Source: Chiloscyllium plagiosum (Eukaryota). Taken from it: 64,000 bases of DNA. A model generated the notes under the pieces. That model searched no databases, was not told the origin of the DNA, and was given only the letters and a program-made list of their open reading frames with translations. The position numbers and the translations under genes were made by a program. Positions 1 to 10,555 of the stretch are shown piece by piece (the first letter of the stretch is position 1; each line of letters opens with the position of its first letter). The stretch covers positions 138,008,075-138,072,074 of the forward strand of contig NC_057710.1 in assembly GCF_004010195.1 (NCBI RefSeq), given 5' to 3'.

Positions 1-528
1 GGTCTCCAAATTTGAGGAAAGACATTCTGGCTATTGAGGGAGTGCAGTGTAGGTTCACGAGGCCAATTCCTGGAATGGCGGGACTACCTTACGCTGAAAG
101 ACTGGAGTGACTGGGCTTGTATACCCTTGAGTTTAGAAGACTGAGACAGGATCTGATTGAGACGTATAAGACAATTAAAGGACACTCTGGAGGCAGGAAA
201 TATGTTTCCGCTGATGGGGGAGTGCCAAACCAGAGGAAACAGCTTAAAAATACGGGGTAGACCATTTAGGACAGAGTTGCGGAGAAACTTCGTCACCCAG
301 AGAGTGGTGGCTGTGTGGAATGCTCTGCCCCAGAGGGCAGTGGAGGCCCAGTCTCTGGATTCATTTCAAAAAGAGTTGAATAGAGCTCTCAAGGATAGTG
401 GGATCAAGGGTTATGGAGATAAGGCAGGAACAGGATACTGATTAAGGATGATCATCCATGATCATATTGAATGGTGGTTTAGGCTCGAAGGGCAGAATGA
501 CCTACTCCTGCACCTATTGTCTATTGAC
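1..528 (+). mobile_element. 3' end of a CR1-type LINE (in LYAR intron)
   Basis: Peptide FRTELRRNFVTQRVVAVWNALP is the typical CR1 ORF2 C-terminus; followed by 3' UTR and a (CTATTG)n-like tail. Confidence 0.9.
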
Positions 529-539
529 TTAGATACCTT

Positions 540-790
540 TATGCATTTCAGACCTCCAGCAGCTCCTCTTCCATAATATGGACTGTTTAAGACATTACTA
601 TTTATTTGCCCAAGTTCCCAGTTTGCATGTCTTTTTCCACAGTAGATACTGAGGCAAAATATTCGTTTAGTATCCCACCCATTTCGAGTGGGTCTACATA
701 GAGACAGCCTTGTTGATCTTTAAGGAGTCCTATTCTCCCCTTAGTTGCTCTTTTGTCCTTAATGTACTTGTAGAATCTCTTTATTGATTT
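540..790 (-). mobile_element. Internal CR1 ORF2 fragment
   Basis: KRFYKYIKDKRATKGRIGLLKDQQG...ILNEYFASV matches the same segment of the CR1 at 38707-39591. Confidence 0.85.
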
Positions 791-958
791 ATTCAAAGTG
801 ATAATCGTGATTCATTAGCTATGATTGATTCACTGCCAATCCTGGAACTTTCTAATAACTTTGGGAAAACCAAAGCAAGTAACGCATTGTATTTTGACCT
901 AAGGTCAATTGCAGGTGATCTATTGGAGTTGGAATTGCAGTTGTGCACATTGACTTAC

Positions 959-1042
959 TTTGGAGAGAGCAGCAGCAAAGATCTCCCAAACCTGCCCCTG
1001 TAGTGCCTCACTGTAGATCTGCAAACTGTTTTTCATCCAGTT
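959..1042 (-). CDS. LYAR: LYAR coding exon 4 (NWMKNSLQIYSEALQGQVWEIFAAALSK); gene continues beyond the left edge
   Basis: ttgcag acceptor, gtaagt donor, 84 bp phase 0-0; matches recalled vertebrate LYAR NWMKNSLKVHNESILDQVWNIF. Confidence 0.93.
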
Positions 1043-1734
1043 CTGCAATACAATGGAAAATATATAAATACCTGTGTATTTTCTCTGCATGTAATTTGTG
1101 CTGTTTCTGAAATTGACTATTGCTATTAAGTCAATCCTTCAAATTTTTATTTTTAAGACCATCAGAAACAAGCTTTCTTAGCACAATTCGAATTCAACTT
1201 TGGACCTTTGAAAATTCTTCAAGCTGTTCAAAACAAGATGAAAATGCTGGCAACACACGCACACAAAATATATCAACATCTGTAAAGAGAAAATTATGTT
1301 TCAGAATGCATCTTTGACTCTCAAAGATTATGGATTTGGAACATTAGAATCTATCTTTACAGATGCTGACTGACTTTGTGGGTATATTTATTAATTTTGT
1401 TTTTATTACAGATTTTCAGCACTTTGAAGTTTTCTTTTCATGTATTGATAGGTTGTTTGTACGTCAGTATATTAAACTGTACATTAAGTCACAGATGCCT
1501 CAAAATGCATACTTTCAGAATTTGGTATTCACATAAACATTTATAAATTGCCTGTATTTGAACACGCATACACACATATACACGGAAACCAACCTAGGTA
1601 TCACTTTGTTACAGCTGCACAGCTGTCTTAAAATGCTGAGCTGTTGTAAACTCTCATCTGAAAAAGTGTAAACAATTCAAGCTGCAAAGATCTCTGATCA
1701 AAGATAGGCTACTAATGAAAGTAAGAGCTGGTAA

Positions 1735-1950
1735 AGTTGCCTCGGTCCTATCAGATTATAGAGCTGCTGTCTCATTAGAAAGATGGAAGACTGGTGGTAA
1801 TTTAATCTAAGGGTCACCACACCTCAGATGAGGGGAGAAGTTGAGAAGGAGAGTCCTTCATGATAATGTCAGCAGTTGCAAGAATTTAATCAATGATGTT
1901 GGCAACAGTCTGCATCATAAACTGACCATTCAGCCAACTGAACTACTCAA
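1735..1950 (-). mobile_element. Degenerate tRNA-derived SINE (non-HE1 family)
   Basis: Minus strand starts gtagttcagttggctgaatgg (A-box-like) with a decayed B-box ~45 nt later; body resembles a recurrent elasmobranch SINE (from recall). Confidence 0.55.
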
Positions 1951-2457
1951 CACTAATAATTCTGAAGCACATTGCATTTACTCTATTAACACTATATTAG
2001 GTGACATTGAGAGAAACTAAAGGAGACTTCCAAGTAATGGCTACAATTTTAAAAGCTTGAGAAAGTGACTTCCACTCCTCACATGCAGTTGCATTAACAA
2101 CTCCCAATTTAACCTTATTTCACATTACCTATCACAATGAAGGACGGTTACCTAAACAAGCCAAAATTCATAATGCTTTCCACTTGCTGTTGTGCAGCAA
2201 GTAACAAACTGTGAATATAGAAAAGTAGTTTTATACAGTAAATGATGGTGTACCCTGGGGAGTCTGTTTAAATTATATGCTTAGTGAAATTATTGTTTTA
2301 TCCAATGTTTTGAAACATCCCATAGGAGCTTTTTCCATCTTATAAACTGCTCAAATTCTGCACTTGTGTAAATTTTATGAAAATGCACTGTGGCAAATAT
2401 GTCACAATATAAAAATCAGGTTTATCATTAAACAGAAAAAAGTCAAAACACACAAAC

Positions 2458-2565
2458 CTGAAATTTGGCTTTTTTTCGAGGTATGTTATCATAAGAATTG
2501 ATTTGTTCCAGAATTTCACGCACCTTGGGGTTAACATTTGATTCATTCATGATTTGATGGACTGT
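2458..2565 (-). CDS. LYAR: LYAR coding exon 3 (TVHQIMNESNVNPKVREILEQINSYDNIPRKKAKFQ)
   Basis: ag/gt bounded, 108 bp phase 0-0; DNIPRKKAKFQ is the conserved LYAR motif. Confidence 0.95.
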
Positions 2566-2720
2566 CTATATATGGGAAAACAGACTAAAGTTAACAGACA
2601 GAGAGGGAGCGCAAGAGCAAGACAGAGACAACAAGGTTCAAAACCCCAACAACCAATGAAAGATAAACTAAAACCATAGTTCTGTGGCAGCCTGACTCCA
2701 ACCATTTATGCAGCTTCTCG

Positions 2721-2975
2721 AATAGAATCCCAACATGTGGAAGCAGGCCATTTAGCCAATCGAGTCCACACTGACCCTCCAAAGACCCATCAGGACCCAA
2801 GCCTCTACCCTAACCCTGTATTCCCATCGCTAATCCACCTAACCTGCACATCCCTTGATACTGTGGGCAATTTAACACGGTCATTCCATACAACCTGCAC
2901 ATCTTCGGACTGTGGGAGGAAACTGGAGCATCAGAGGAAACATATGCAGACACAGGTAGAATTGCAAACTCCACA
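2721..2975 (-). mobile_element. HE1-type SINE, 5'-truncated
   Basis: Homologous to the copies at 23067-23456 and 32946-33250. Confidence 0.85.
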
Positions 2976-4054
2976 ATTTTCAAAATAAAACCCAAGTTCT
3001 CACAAGCTGTTTACTTTTTTGGCTTGGAAGAGACCACTTGGCAACCTTTGTTCGTTTAAAAAAAAAAGGACAAAATACACCTCTTAAAGTTTCATCACAA
3101 ATCTAAAATGCATACAACCTTTATTAAATAATACACACAATGTATGAAACACAGTTCAGTTCCTGAAAAAAAGAGTCATAGTTAAATATGAGTCATAGTT
3201 AAATATTAACTGCTTCTCTGTCCAGAGATGCTCAAAGACCTGCTGGGTTTCTCCAACACATTGTTTCCATGTCAGACTCACTATTACAATCAATAACAAA
3301 TGCTACAAACAAAAACTGCAGTAAACAATGATAAGAAAATATAACTTCATTTCCTTTTGCTTGATTACTGCACTTAAAAGCAGTATAAATTAGCAGCAGG
3401 TTTTCTTTTATAAAGGAAATTCTTTCATGGGTTACACATTTCTGGAGTAGGGGTAGGGACAGAATCACAGTGCCACAAGAGGGTCCCTCTCAAGGGGCTG
3501 AATTACCTCTGGCTGCTCATATGTTTAAATATTAAAGTACCAGAATCCAACTGCTCTTGAACTGGAGTCCACATTCAACAAAACAACATACACTGTATAC
3601 ACTCAAATCATTTTAAACTTCACTGCAGTTTCCAAAATTTTCTATTTTGATTTTTGAAATGACAGCATTTGCTTACACTGGAACTACGGGCAAACGTGCA
3701 CAATGTACCAGTGTCGGCAAATGTAGCCTTTCAAAATCTCCTGAAGTCAAGCGATCAGAATGGTTCAAGAAATTCTTGAATACACATTTAGTGCTTTTAT
3801 TAAATCCCCAAAAATCTCACTTAAGGCCTGCTGGTCATACGTGGTCTTATTTGATGTAATAAAAATGTATTCAACAGTGTTATGTAGAAACTTTTACACG
3901 ACTACCATCAACAACATAAAAGGTGGGCAAGATTTGATTAGAGTTGAGCAGCCCGCTACAACTGACAAACATTTTAAAACATGGATGAACTATTGCAGCC
4001 TTTTGAGTTCCTCGAAGCACACTAAGTGTGAGATGCAAAGAAAGATTTATTTAC

Positions 4055-4169
4055 CTCTATCCACTGCTGTTGTTTCAAATCACCTTTTTTGGCCTTGGCT
4101 TCAAATCCTTTACCACCATACTTTTCATCTTCACTGATGCATTTAATATGTGTCTTGTAATCCTCTCCC
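4055..4169 (-). CDS. LYAR: LYAR coding exon 2 ((W)GEDYKTHIKCISEDEKYGGKGFEAKAKKGDLKQQQWIE)
   Basis: tag acceptor, gtaaat donor, 115 bp phase 2-0; completes the second C2HC finger (HIKC). Confidence 0.96.
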
Positions 4170-4645
4170 CTATAAACAGTTGCAGACTTCTTTTCAGAGG
4201 ATTGTCAACTATTATTTTATTTCGATTATGTAGGAGTGAGCTTTTATTTACAATTTCATTGACCATAGTTAACAATGTAAGCGCAAACTTAAAGAGTAAT
4301 CTTCAAAGCTACAGCTGCAAAGATTAAATAGTTTAGCTCCACATATGCTGACAGCATGTTGAACTATATACAGTGCTATCAATTCAATCATTTTGCAACC
4401 ATCATTAGATAACAGCAGCAGGAAGACGGTGGGGGGAGATCACAGCTGGCACAATGTACAAGCATTATGTCAGCAGCAGCAGAGGTAACCAAAGTACAGC
4501 CTTACAAGCAATGGGAATGCCAATAAGTCATCTCAGATGAACATCAAAGTAAAACAAAACAAACTCTTAATAAAACCCTTAAAATTTAGATAGAATATGA
4601 CATCCATTAACAAGCTATAACCTCTTACGTACCCATGACACTTAC

Positions 4646-4767
4646 CAAAAGTCCTTCCCACAGTCAATACATGACAAACATGGACAATTCCGACAACTAT
4701 TAAAATGCTTTTCCACTTGAGCTTTCTTAACTGATGCTCCACATCCATTACAGATGAAGACCACCAT
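4646..4767 (-). CDS. LYAR: LYAR coding exon 1 (MVVFICNGCGASVKKAQVEKHFNSCRNCPCLSCIDCGKDFW); exon probably extends as 5' UTR to the acceptor at 4815
   Basis: ATG at 4767, gtaagt donor, 122 bp; LYAR-type C2HC zinc fingers CxxC...HxxxC and CIDC. Confidence 0.97.
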
Positions 4768-4975
4768 TTTTTTTTATTCTACGTCCCTTCTCCTCACTCA
4801 CCACAAAGCAATACCTGTAACACCAAAAAATATATCTCAGAAATGGAAAAATAATCAGTCCAAATATAGGCTTTACTAATGCTGATGTTCTCTTATTATT
4901 GCAGTTGGCTTTAGGATAATGGATGAAATAGTAAACATCAAATAAATCCTGTTATTCACACTTCTGTCCAGAGTC

Positions 4976-5110
4976 AGTTCTGATGAAAAGCCATTAATTT
5001 AAAAGATTAACACTGTTTTAAGCTTTCCATTCATGCTGCTTAACTTGCTGAGTATTTCTAGCATTTCCTGTTACACTTCAGGTTTCCAGTATCTACAGTA
5101 TTTTGCTTTA
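4976..5110 (+). mobile_element. Degenerate Penelope-like terminal unit (family B)
   Basis: cagttctgatga...atgctgcttaacttgctgagtatttctagcat...tttccagtatctacagtattttgcttt, homologous to 26156-26260. Confidence 0.6.
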
Positions 5111-5734
5111 CCAGGTGATAGAAAATTGGACCTATTCAAATAGGTCAGGGGATTTAACGAAGAAACTCAGTCAAATCTATTACAACAGTCACTAAGAGTG
5201 AGCAAATCACGAGAAAGGTGCAAAAGATATTAAGCACAGTACTAACGCTTACTTTCAGCAGTTAGCAAAAATGTTAAGGAGCAAGTAAAGAGGGAATTTC
5301 AGAGTTTAGGTCCAAGGCATTAGGAGGTTTGAGTGCCAACAGAGAGAAGAAGAAAATCATGAACAGAGAAAAGGCAAGAACTAGTCAAGCACAGAAGAGC
5401 TGTATGGCTGAATCAAGGACGAGAAATAGGAAGAGGCAAAATTACTTCGAGATTTTAAAAATCACGGCCTTGTTGCGCCAGAACGCAATGTAGATTCGAG
5501 GACAGGAATGATGGGTGGACAGGACTTAGTGCCAGTTAAGATCTTGGTAGCTGAGTTATGGGTACATTCCATTGGCTAGAAATTGGAAGGCCATTCAAGA
5601 GTGCAATGAAATAGATATGTGTAGGGATAGAGGAGAATTTCAGAAATAAGTATTTCTACCAAAAGCAGATGTAAACAAAGTTACACAGGTGAAAGAAAAT
5701 GGTACCAGTAATGGAAAAAGATAGCTCTGAAACC

Positions 5735-7856
5735 ATGGAAGGCAATGACATTATCATAATGTCAATGGACTAGTTATCCAGACCCCAAACTAATGTTAAC
5801 TTCTGGTAGAATTCAATAAAATATAGAACAAAAAGATGGCTTAACAGCAACCATGGAATCATTGTCGATTGTCATTTTAAAATAAAAGCTGCTCTACTAA
5901 GTCCTTTAGGGAAGGAAATCTGCCATTCTTACCTTAAATAAACCAAAGAATTGCAGATGCTGGAAATCTGAAATAAAAACAGAAGTCGTTGGAGGAACTC
6001 CACACATCTGGCAGTATCTGTGGAGAGAAAGCAGAGTTAGCATTGAGTCACAACTCTTCTTTTGAACTGTTTCTGTGTCGTTCTCACCTGTCTGGCCTAA
6101 TTAGTCTCCAGCCCCACAACAATGTGGTAGGCTAAATGCCCTCTTACATGGTCTAACAAATCATTTAGTTGTATCAAACTACTGCAAAGTTTAAAGGAAC
6201 AAAATGAAACAAGACAGACGGCTGGGATTAATCTCGAAATGACAACAGAAAACACAGCCTTGTCAACCTTGCAAAGTCCTCCTGATCAACATCTGGACCT
6301 TGCTCCCAAAATTGAGACATTCTCCACAGATTAGTCAACCATAATCATATTACAGAATGATATCTCAGAGACAATATCCCAGCCACTACCATCACCAATT
6401 CTGAGTATTTCCCACCAGCAGGACACAGGCAGCAGAGGTGGTAACACAGTGCTTTCCAGTCAGGAGGGAATTGTTGAGGAAGCCCTGAATATTGACTGAA
6501 GATCCTATGAAATTTCATAGGTGTCAAGTCAAACATAGGCAAAGATTTATGCTGCTGATTAGCATCTATCTCTCTGCCCTTCCTCTCCCTACCTCTCACC
6601 CAAAGCACTAAGCCTGTGCTGTGGTATAGATTTCATGAAGCATTACAGGCCATCAGCAGCAGCAGAACTGTACCCAACCACAATCTGTAACCCAGCACAT
6701 CCCCACTCTACTATCAGTCCTGATTCAGTGAAGGGTCCAGGAGGTTATGTCAAGAGAAGAACCAGGCACACCTAAAAGTGAAGCTACAATACAATATTAA
6801 TTGCATACCCAGCAGAAAAGGCATGAAATAGACAGGTCTAAGCGACACTGCAACCAAAGAACTAGATTTAAGCTTCTCAGTGCTGTGATAATAATTAAAC
6901 CAACAAGAGATGGAAACTCTACAAACAGCCTTATCCTCAACAATAAGGGGTGCCATTGTATCTTTTCTAAAGACAATGCTGAAGAATTGCATCCACGCCA
7001 AGCCAAAGTGCTGAGTAGATAATCCACCACAACCAACTTCAGAGGTGCCCAGCATCAAGGGATACCATGTTCATCCAAATCAATTCACTCCAATGGGATA
7101 TCAAGAAGTTGCTGAAGTCACTGAGTGCTGCAAGACCTTTGAGCACTGACAATATTTCAGTAATAGTACTGAAGACTTGTGGTCCAGAACAGATTGTGCC
7201 ATTAGGCAAGCTGTTCCTGTACCACTGTACAACACTGGCATCTACTGATAATCTGGAAAATTACCCAGTGAAGTCCTGTACACAAAAAAACAGGACAAAT
7301 CCAGCTGAGACATTTATTGGCCTCTTCATCTGGTCATGATCATCTTAGCACTCGCTGATGCTCAGCTTGAGTTCTGTCAAAGCCACTCGACACATAAATA
7401 AGAACAGAATTCATGAGATGAGATGAGAATAACTGACCTTGACCTCAGGGCAGCAGTTGAGCAAGAATGGGCAGCAAAATTCCCTAGCAAAGCTGGAAAC
7501 ATTGGGAAAGAGGGCAGTGGGAGCAAAGAGACAGAGACAGAGGGAGAGTACATGCAAGAGAGAGTGCGAGAGCACGAAACACACAGATAGATATGGATTC
7601 TTCCTCATACCTGACACAAAGGAAAATGGTTATATTTGAGGATTATTCATTTCGACAAAAGCTCCTCAGGGTAGTGCCCAGGGCCCAACCAGCGTCAGCT
7701 GATTTAATAATGACTTTCCCTTGATCGTAAAATCGAATTAGGACTGTTTACTGATGATTATAGAATGTGAAGCAAAATTGACGACAACTCAAATACTGAT
7801 ATAATCCTTGTCCTTTTGCAGCAAAGCCTGGACAACATCCTGACCTGGGTTAACAA
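5735..7856 (+). mobile_element. Old, fragmented CR1/L2-group LINE (endonuclease to RT remnants), interrupted by a minus-strand Penelope-like unit at ~5940-6069
   Basis: Remnant peptides DIKKLLKSL...PLSTDNISVIVLKTCGPEQIVPL and PQGSAQGP...NDFP (RT motif) with many stops. Confidence 0.65.
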
Positions 7857-7967
7857 ATCGAGAATGTGGTGCTAGAAAAGCGCAGCTGGTCAGGCAGCTT
7901 CAGAGGAGCAGGAGAATCAACATTTCGAGCATAAGCTCTTCAAGATCCGGAGGCCTCACTTTCTCCC
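7857..7967. mobile_element. Penelope-like unit (family A) with inverted 5' part, flanked by a 10-bp TSD
   Basis: gggttaacaa at 7847-7856 and 7968-7977; body inverted relative to the tail cctcactttctcc. Confidence 0.7.
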
Positions 7968-7979
7968 GGGTTAACAAGA

Positions 7980-8226
7980 TACAAGGGGTAAATTTTTTTT
8001 ACAGAGAGGGTAGTTCGCATGTGGCATGGACTTCCTGAAAAAGTGCTGGATGTGGGTATTATCAGAACGTTTAAAATACATTTGTGTAAGTACATGAATA
8101 AGAAAGGTTTGGAGGGACATGGGCCAGTAGAAGGCAGGTAGGACTAGTTTAGTTTGAGGTTATGTTAGGCGTAGACTGGTTGGACCAAAAGAGCCTGTTT
8201 CCATGCTGTACGACTTTATAACTATA
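7980..8226 (+). mobile_element. CR1 3' end
   Basis: FFTERVVRMWHGLPE-like frame, then the 3' hairpin region ggaccaaaagagcctgtttccatgctgta and tail. Confidence 0.8.
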
Positions 8227-8546
8227 GACAGGCAACAAAGGCAGGCAGAGTCAACAATGCCCAGATCTCATGAACAAATAAAAGAAATTCAGCTTGTAGC
8301 TAAAAATGATGTCAAGGTTGCATCAAGAGTTCACTCTCAGATAGTGGTCAGGAGGGATATAGTCTATGACAAGAACCAAATATAATAGCTTTGTTCTTCC
8401 CAATATTCAATAGAGGCACTTGACAGTCAATAGCATCAGACAATTGACAGATCACAAGTTAAGACATTCATCATAATGAAGCTGAAGGTTTATGTTGATG
8501 GGCAGATGAGAGTAGAATTGTTTGGAGCTGACTTGAAGAGAGATTG

Positions 8547-8679
8547 AGATTCCTGATGAAGGGCTTTTGCCCGAAATGTCGATTTTTCTGCTCCTCAGAT
8601 GCTGCCTGACCTGCTGTGCTTTTCCAACACCACTCTAACCTTGACTCTGATCTCCAACATCTGCAGTCCTCACTTGTAC
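8547..8679 (+). mobile_element. Penelope-like ~133-bp unit (family A) headed by a minimal hammerhead motif
   Basis: ctgatga-a-gggc-tttt-gccc-gaaa-tgtc at 8553-8580; flanked by cttgaagagagattg / cttggagagagattg (14/15 identical). Confidence 0.75.
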
Positions 8680-9024
8680 CTTGGAGAGAGATTGGGTGGA
8701 TATTTACTGCAATTAGAAATTGCAAATTCAGGAACATGTAACCCAATTTCCCATCACAATACTGACAGACTAAAATCAATATGAAAAATACTGCAGCCTC
8801 AGGTAGGGATTGTGAGCTCATCCAGCACAAGTAGAATACTTGAGTTGCACCACTTTTAACACTCACTCCTTTCACCACTAACATACAGAAGCAGCAGTCT
8901 GTGCTAGTTATAAAATACACTGCAGTAACTCTCCAATGCTACTCTGACAATTTAGAGACTCGAACATGCTTTTTTAGTAGTTTCACCAAAACTGTTGGCA
9001 GTGCCATTTTTCAATTTAAACATT

Positions 9025-9220
9025 GAACTAAAGTTGCATTTGCTCTCCATGAGAGCCTAAAAGATCACTTTGAAGAGGAAAGTTATCATGCAGTTAAGAC
9101 TTATATTTTGATCTTATTGACTGCTACATTACAACAATGACTATAGTTCAAAAGGATTTCACTGACCCTAAAGTACTTTGGATTGTCTTAAGGTTGTGAA
9201 AGATGCTATAACATTGTAAA
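9025..9220 (+). mobile_element. Degenerate DeuSINE (SacSINE1-like) fragment
   Basis: ctacattacaacaatgactatagttcaaaaggatttcactg...gttgtgaaagatgctata resembles the 3' half of shark Deu-domain SINEs (from recall). Confidence 0.55.
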
Positions 9221-9579
9221 CATTTATTTAATTGCAAATGTTAAGAAAAAAATATTACATTAGAGAGACTGAAACTCTCAAATCATCTTTAGGTATGTTA
9301 ATACATGTACCAAGCACGTGGGGTGGAGTGTAATGCAAAGTATAGAATAAAAGTTGACAACTCAAGTGGGGAGAGGGGAGCAATGCAGCTTACACCTCAG
9401 TGGGTCTTTACTGAAGAAATGCAGCACTGTTGAATGTGGGTTTTGTTAAACCTGACGGCCCTGTTTCGATTAAAGTACATTTACAAACGACTTAAAAATA
9501 TTGTTCAACTTAGAGCAGGAAGCCAGACAAGTTCTAGAATCAACATTACCAAAAAAACCAGGAACAATCTGAAATGGAA

Positions 9580-9960
9580 TGAGTTACCCTTCGATTCCGC
9601 TCGCTGCGGTACAGGACGTAAAACTTGCACAGCGAGGATGCACCGTCTGCTCTTTGCCCTCCTCAAGCAGGTCCCCCACCCCTCACAACGCACCCGAACT
9701 CACACGTGTGGTACCGGAACAAGGTGCAACACTCCGACTCTTCCCCTATGTCCTCATCACTGAGGTTCCGGGTGCAGCGTTCCTATAGGGCTCACTGTCA
9801 AAGGGGAATAGAGATGCCAGAAACCGGGGGCCAGGGCAGCACGGGCGACACGAGGGAGCGAAATCTGTAAACAATCAGGTAAAGAACCTTGCCCAGGAAT
9901 GGAACGCAGCCCGGTCCGGGGAAGGTTCCAATCGTTTGTTGCAAATGGGTATCGCCCAGT
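9580..9960. promoter_or_regulatory. Putative bidirectional CpG-rich promoter and non-coding first exons of LYAR (-) and ZBTB49 (+)
   Basis: Only clearly CpG-enriched non-repeat segment, between divergent genes; outward-facing donors gtgagt (minus, 9698-9703) and CAG|gtaaag (plus, 9879); CACGTG at 9703-9708; CCGGAA at 9714 and TTCCGG at 9766. Confidence 0.75.
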
Positions 9961-10555
9961 CCAAAACAGCGGAGGAGGATGGCTCCTTTTAACTGTGACC
10001 TAAACGACTGGAAAGGGGTTCAGAGGAGCCACAGCATCAGTTGGTTCGGTTGTCGTTCTCCTCTAACAGCCTCCCCTCTTCCTCCTGTTTGCACGTTCCG
10101 CCATCTGGTTACTTTGTGCCTCTCCCATGCTCGTACATTCTAGGCCCCGGGTCCCTTTTACTAATTGTTGTCCTGGAAACCCTCTCCTTGGGCTTGACAG
10201 TGCTTTTGCGAGAAAGGATGGAGTGATTGAGGATCATAATCTGTACTGCAGGATGAAAATCTGTTCAGGAGGAAAGCAGAATGGAAAACCCTTAGCTTTT
10301 CATTTTAATTTTGAACGTACTATGATAGTATCTTGTTGCTTTTTCTAAAAAAAATCTTCATTCACTTTATGAAATTTAATCTAATCTTTAAGTGTTTCGT
10401 GTATTCAATCGGAATTTGTTAATTTTTCGACTAGATGTGATTAAGGGTGGTATGACTTAAAGCATTTAACTTTGATGGGGAATGTAATACAGGATTACTA
10501 AAGAAGCTGTCAATACAGACAAGATAATTGCAGAGCTATGTACAGCAGCCCTTCT

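Noticed and set aside
8850-8890. Minus-strand peptide [11 protein letters not shown] (21/24 nt match) resembling the ZBTB49 BTB segment [11 protein letters not shown], suggesting a duplicated exon or antisense regulator
   Set aside because: It lies within a decayed copy of a common LINE 3' region, and the similarity does not extend on either side; best explained as coincidence.
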